Below are positions 15,354 through 18,712 of a stretch of DNA of 18,712 nucleotides, piece after piece. A model generated the notes under the pieces. That model saw nothing but the letters and a program-made list of their open reading frames with translations, did not search any database and was not told the origin of the DNA. Positions within the stretch are counted from its first letter, which is position 1; every line of letters starts with the position of its first letter. Position numbers and translations under genes: made by a program. Origin of the DNA: Promethearchaeota archaeon (GTDB lineage: Archaea > Asgardarchaeota > Lokiarchaeia > Sigyniarchaeales > SOKP01); NCBI GenBank assembly GCA_011364975.1, contig RDOE01000062.1, positions 1 to 18,712 on the forward strand, written 5' to 3'.

Positions 15354-15603
15354 ATTCGATCAACTCTAAGAATTGGAATAATAGTTGTATTAACTTAAGT
15401 AGTACTACAAAAAATAAAACAGTTTATCTTGTGCTTTTAAATGATTTTAATTAATAATACACGTTAAATTTTAATTCTTTACAATTTCTCTTCTATATTA
15501 TTTATCAAATTCTTGTTGATTTTTTTTAAGTTAAAATGTAAAATTTTTTAATTTTAAAAATTTGAAATAATAATATTAAAATTAAATATATGAATTAGAA
15601 ATC

Positions 15604-16167
15604 ATGTCTTTTAAGATAGTTTGGGCGATAACGGGTACAGGTTATGTGCTCCAAGAATCAATTGATCTAATGAAGGAATTACAAGAAGTTAATAAGATTG
15701 AGATAACCGTTCTATTATCTAAAGAAGGAGAAACTGTTGTAAAATGGTATAAAAAATGGTTATCATTAACAGAAGTTGTAGAAAAAGTAAAAGTGGAAAA
15801 AACTCCGAATTTGCCATTTTACGCTGGTCCTTTACAATTGGGTAATTTTGATATGTTTATTGTTTGTCCCACCTCCGCCAATAGTGTTGCAAAAATAGTT
15901 TACGGAATAGCTGATACCTTAATTACCAATTGTGTTGCACAGGCAATCAAGGGTGGACAAGTAGCTTACATTTTTCCTTCAGATCAAGATTTAGAACCGA
16001 TTGTCACTTCCCGACCAGATGGGTCTCCTTTAGTCTTAAAAATCAGGGACATTGAAATTGAGAATATCAAACGTTTAAAAAAACTTGAAGGAATTTACGT
16101 TTTTTCGGATTTTTCGGAAATTAAAAAAGTAATTATAAAAAAATTAAAGGAGAAATCTGGAATTTAG
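15604..16167 (+). CDS. afpA: Archaeal flavoprotein, AfpA family (HFCD flavoprotein fold)
   Basis: IVWAITGTG, LSKEGETVVKWY, PTSANSVAKIVYGIADTLITNCVAQAIKG and IFPSD. Confidence 0.8.
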   Translation: MSFKIVWAITGTGYVLQESIDLMKELQEVNKIEITVLLSKEGETVVKWYKKWLSLTEVVEKVKVEKTPNLPFYAGPLQLGNFDMFIVCPTSANSVAKIVYGIADTLITNCVAQAIKGGQVAYIFPSDQDLEPIVTSRPDGSPLVLKIRDIEIENIKRLKKLEGIYVFSDFSEIKKVIIKKLKEKSGI

Positions 16168-16171
16168 ATTT

Positions 16172-16612
16172 TTAATTTACAATTGTTACTGATTGTATAG
16201 CGCCCTCTGGACAAGATAATTCACATTTCAAACAGCCTTGGCACTTGGAAATTTCTTTATATTTATATCTTATCCCTTCCTCTTCTCTTCCCACTTTCTT
16301 TACTATATCTTTATAGAATAAATTTTTGGGGCAAAAATTCCCGTTTTCATTAAGACATTTTTCACACATAGAACATTTTTCATGATCAATCTTAATACTA
16401 ATAATTTGATTATGTTTAGTAATTGAGGTAACCTCAATAGCATTTCTCGGACAGACCTGAACACAATTAAGACATGCCTTACATTTTGCATAATCTACTT
16501 TTCTAATTCCATGCTCAAAGTAGATTGCTTTAACTTGACAAGCTCTTAAACAACGTTCACATCGTAAACATTGTTCTTGATTAATTTGAACTGGAACAAA
16601 TTTTTCCTTTAT
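16172..16612 (-). CDS. Polyferredoxin with four [4Fe-4S]-type cysteine motifs (~146 aa)
   Basis: The track's 65-aa ORF extends in frame without stops to 16630: CLRCERCLRAC, CKACLNCVQVCP, CSMCEKCLNENGNFCP, CQGCLKCELSCP. No in-frame ATG/GTG/TTG upstream of 16369. Start is probably ATA 16612 (or 16618). Confidence 0.88.
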   Translation of the reverse strand: MKEKFVPVQINQEQCLRCERCLRACQVKAIYFEHGIRKVDYAKCKACLNCVQVCPRNAIEVTSITKHNQIISIKIDHEKCSMCEKCLNENGNFCPKNLFYKDIVKKVGREEEGIRYKYKEISKCQGCLKCELSCPEGAIQSVTIVN

Positions 16613-16807
16613 TGCTATTGACCTTGAAATTTAATTTTATCTAAGTAATTGGAATTATAAAATAAAAATAAAAATAAGGGTTATAAAATATTAAACTTTC
16701 CAACTGTGAAGATATAATTACAAAAAGGATATGAAAATAAAGTAAAATCTTAAAATTAAAACCAAATTTTTATCAGTTTTTTTAAAATTCATAATATTAA
16801 CATTAAA

Positions 16808-17602
16808 TTATTGAAAGTATTGAGTATAACCTTCTTTTGATTTTTCAGGTAGCTGTTGTTGCCTTTGATATTGTTGCGCCTTTTCTGCTAATTCTAACAT
16901 TTTTGCTTTAATCTCCTTCCCTTCTTCAATTAACTTAGCAGTTTCAATATTTAATCCATAAATTTGGTTTAGAACTTCAAGAATTGCTGCTCCTGCTTCA
17001 GGAGTAGGTATTTCAAAAACAGGGGTGAATAACGCATAAGCTTTTAGCCTATTTGCTAATGCTTCATTAAGTATAGTAGCCTCTGGCCCAACTATAATTC
17101 CTTTCTCTACTTTTTGTAAGCCATATCCCTCAAAACGGGCGATCATGTCCTCCTCAGCGGCATAATACACAGGATAATCATCAATAATTCCTCTCTGGGG
17201 TATTCCTTGGAAAATTACAACTTCTTTTGCCTTAACATCCTCAGATAATAACCAATTATTAATTGTCTTGGCAAGGTCATTGTATGCAGTCGACACCTGG
17301 AATGGAACTTCTGCAATTCCTACAATTAGATTATATTTTGCAGTATAGTAAATTCTAAAAGGATGCTTTAACACACCCTGATAAAAAACCGAAATTGGGG
17401 GTAGATATTCTGAGGTTACAAATCCAATTTCTTTAATGTCGGGAATCTGCTCAATTAAAGCATTAGCAACAATGGGACCTACTAAGCCAATTCCAGCAAA
17501 CCCTAAAATCATTGTAGCATCTGGTTTTATTAAGTTAGAAAGGTCTTCAATGACAATTGTGCTTTTTTTACCTTTGTCGCATATATATTCTTTCTTAACC
17601 AA
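16808..17602 (-). CDS. PAC2-family proteasome assembly chaperone (PbaA/PbaB-like)
   Basis: MILGFAGIGLVGPIVANALIEQ, LPPISVFYQGVLKHPFRIY, GIIVGPEATIL, PTPEAGAAILEVL, IETAKLIEEGKEI. TTG start 5 nt after AGGAGA. Ends QYFQ. Confidence 0.9.
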   Translation of the reverse strand: MVKKEYICDKGKKSTIVIEDLSNLIKPDATMILGFAGIGLVGPIVANALIEQIPDIKEIGFVTSEYLPPISVFYQGVLKHPFRIYYTAKYNLIVGIAEVPFQVSTAYNDLAKTINNWLLSEDVKAKEVVIFQGIPQRGIIDDYPVYYAAEEDMIARFEGYGLQKVEKGIIVGPEATILNEALANRLKAYALFTPVFEIPTPEAGAAILEVLNQIYGLNIETAKLIEEGKEIKAKMLELAEKAQQYQRQQQLPEKSKEGYTQYFQ

Positions 17603-17862
17603 TAGAATCTCCTTCTTTTTTTATTATTTTATTATATTGAATCTTAAAATCTAATTTTGCAAACGAATATTTCTATTTTTATGATATAGTAGTGAACTAT
17701 CTATTATTAAAATTAACTTATTATTAACAATTAATTTGAGAGCTCTAATGCTTTTTTTTGAGGGTAGTCTTAGATATTTCATTTAATTTATTGAGACCAG
17801 ATCTAGCTTAATTTTAAATTATGTTTTAATATCACGCAAAAAGAAAATTTTTAGCTTAACTT

Positions 17863-17963
17863 TATAAATACCGATTGTTATATTATTTAAGACAAAAGTG
17901 TCATATATTTGTCGAAATAACAGGTAATTTCAAGGGATCCGGTTATTGCAATCGGTATTTATA
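17863..17963. repeat. 101-bp element bounded by perfect 15-bp inverted repeats
   Basis: TATAAATACCGATTG (17863-17877) and CAATCGGTATTTATA (17949-17963). Nested inner IRs: GACAAA 17891-17896 / TTTGTC 17908-17913 and TTATTT 17883-17888 / AAATAA 17915-17920. Confidence 0.85.
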
Positions 17964-17996
17964 GTTAGATGAGAGGATTTTGTATCTGTAGTTACT

Positions 17997-18712
17997 ATGG
18001 AGTTTAAAGCTTTAAATGTCAGTTATAGTTCACTGAAAAACGCTATTAATATTAAATTTTTTTCTATTATTACGATTTTACTGAATACTTTTTGTGTAAT
18101 ATTTGGTGTATTATACATAACTTTTTCAGTCTACATTTTGGCATGGGATATATTTGGAATAATACTTCCAATTACACTTTTTGAAAATTTATTTCTTATC
18201 TATTTAAGTTCAAGTCAAGTCGAAAAATCCACTAAAAATGGGCATCGTATATATCATTTTTGCGTGATATTTCTTATTTATATTATGATATCATTTTTTG
18301 GCATAATGGGAGGAAATTTACTCTTATCAGCAATCATCGTGAATAATGGATTTATTATCATATTTAGTTATTTCCTAATCTATTTTTTCTATTTTAGTTT
18401 GCTAATTTTAAGTATAATTCTCGCAATATATGATTTAAGATACTTTAATAATAAACGAATACAACCTATAACACAAAAGCAACTTAACTCAGTCTTTATA
18501 CAAAAGAAATCCATAAACCAGTTGTTAAAGAAACCTTTAAACATTATTTCTACGATTATCTTCATGTTAAGTGCGTTATTTGCCATAGTAATTGTTTTTG
18601 GTTCTTTTGAAATTATTACGACTTTCATCGCGATAATTGCGTCTCAATTTGGGATCTTTTTTTCATTGATTTTCTTAGCGAATTTGATCTTAAAATTAAA
18701 CTTAAAAAGGCA
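17997..18712 (+). CDS. Multi-pass membrane protein of unknown function, N-terminal part (runs off the right edge)
   Basis: ATG 17997 opens a stop-free frame to the edge (238 codons): MEFKALNVSYSSLKNAINIKFFSIITILLNTFCVIFGVLYITFSVYILAWDIFGIIL..., with about six hydrophobic segments. Confidence 0.8.
   Translation, partial: MEFKALNVSYSSLKNAINIKFFSIITILLNTFCVIFGVLYITFSVYILAWDIFGIILPITLFENLFLIYLSSSQVEKSTKNGHRIYHFCVIFLIYIMISFFGIMGGNLLLSAIIVNNGFIIIFSYFLIYFFYFSLLILSIILAIYDLRYFNNKRIQPITQKQLNSVFIQKKSINQLLKKPLNIISTIIFMLSALFAIVIVFGSFEIITTFIAIIASQFGIFFSLIFLANLILKLNLKR

Noticed and set aside
16303-16491. 62-aa minus-strand ORF, or a frameshifted ferredoxin pseudogene
   Set aside because: It is an alternate frame. 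The ferredoxin frame itself is uninterrupted from 16630 to 16172, so no frameshift is needed.
17436-18628. ORFs 17436-17654 (+) and 18389-18628 (-)
   Set aside because: They are antisense to the PAC2 gene and to the long + strand membrane-protein frame.

Overview
Very AT-rich archaeal chromosomal segment, most likely from an Asgard archaeon of the Lokiarchaeia type. That lineage call is inference from PAN, a PAC2 chaperone, AfpA, a KH/beta-CASP nuclease and capped LRR modules. Left to right: 5' part of a CopA-type P1B ATPase, iscU, a divergent aCPSF1-like beta-CASP RNase with a duplicated degenerate KH-like N-terminus, a DUF2179/UPF0316 membrane protein, mobA, a 48-aa D/E-W/F repeat microprotein missed by the ORF track, a palindrome-rich intergenic region with a candidate structured leader, a SAM-methyltransferase::D-Ala-D-Ala-ligase-like fusion directly followed by pan, an RMD1/DUF155-like protein, an ArsB/NhaD/SLC13-type transporter, a soluble LRR-LRR-TIR-coiled-coil protein, a 51-aa small ORF, iscS, afpA, a 4x[4Fe-4S] polyferredoxin, a PAC2-family chaperone, a 101-bp inverted-repeat-bounded element and the 5' part of a membrane protein. 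The most notable signals are (i) the acidic microprotein / MTase-ATP-grasp / PAN divergon, (ii) the LRR-TIR protein with an intact catalytic Glu, (iii) two Fe-S genes whose conserved N-termini can only be reached from ATT/ATA codons, and (iv) the 15-bp perfect inverted-repeat element. I saw no rRNA, tRNA, CRISPR array or transposase.
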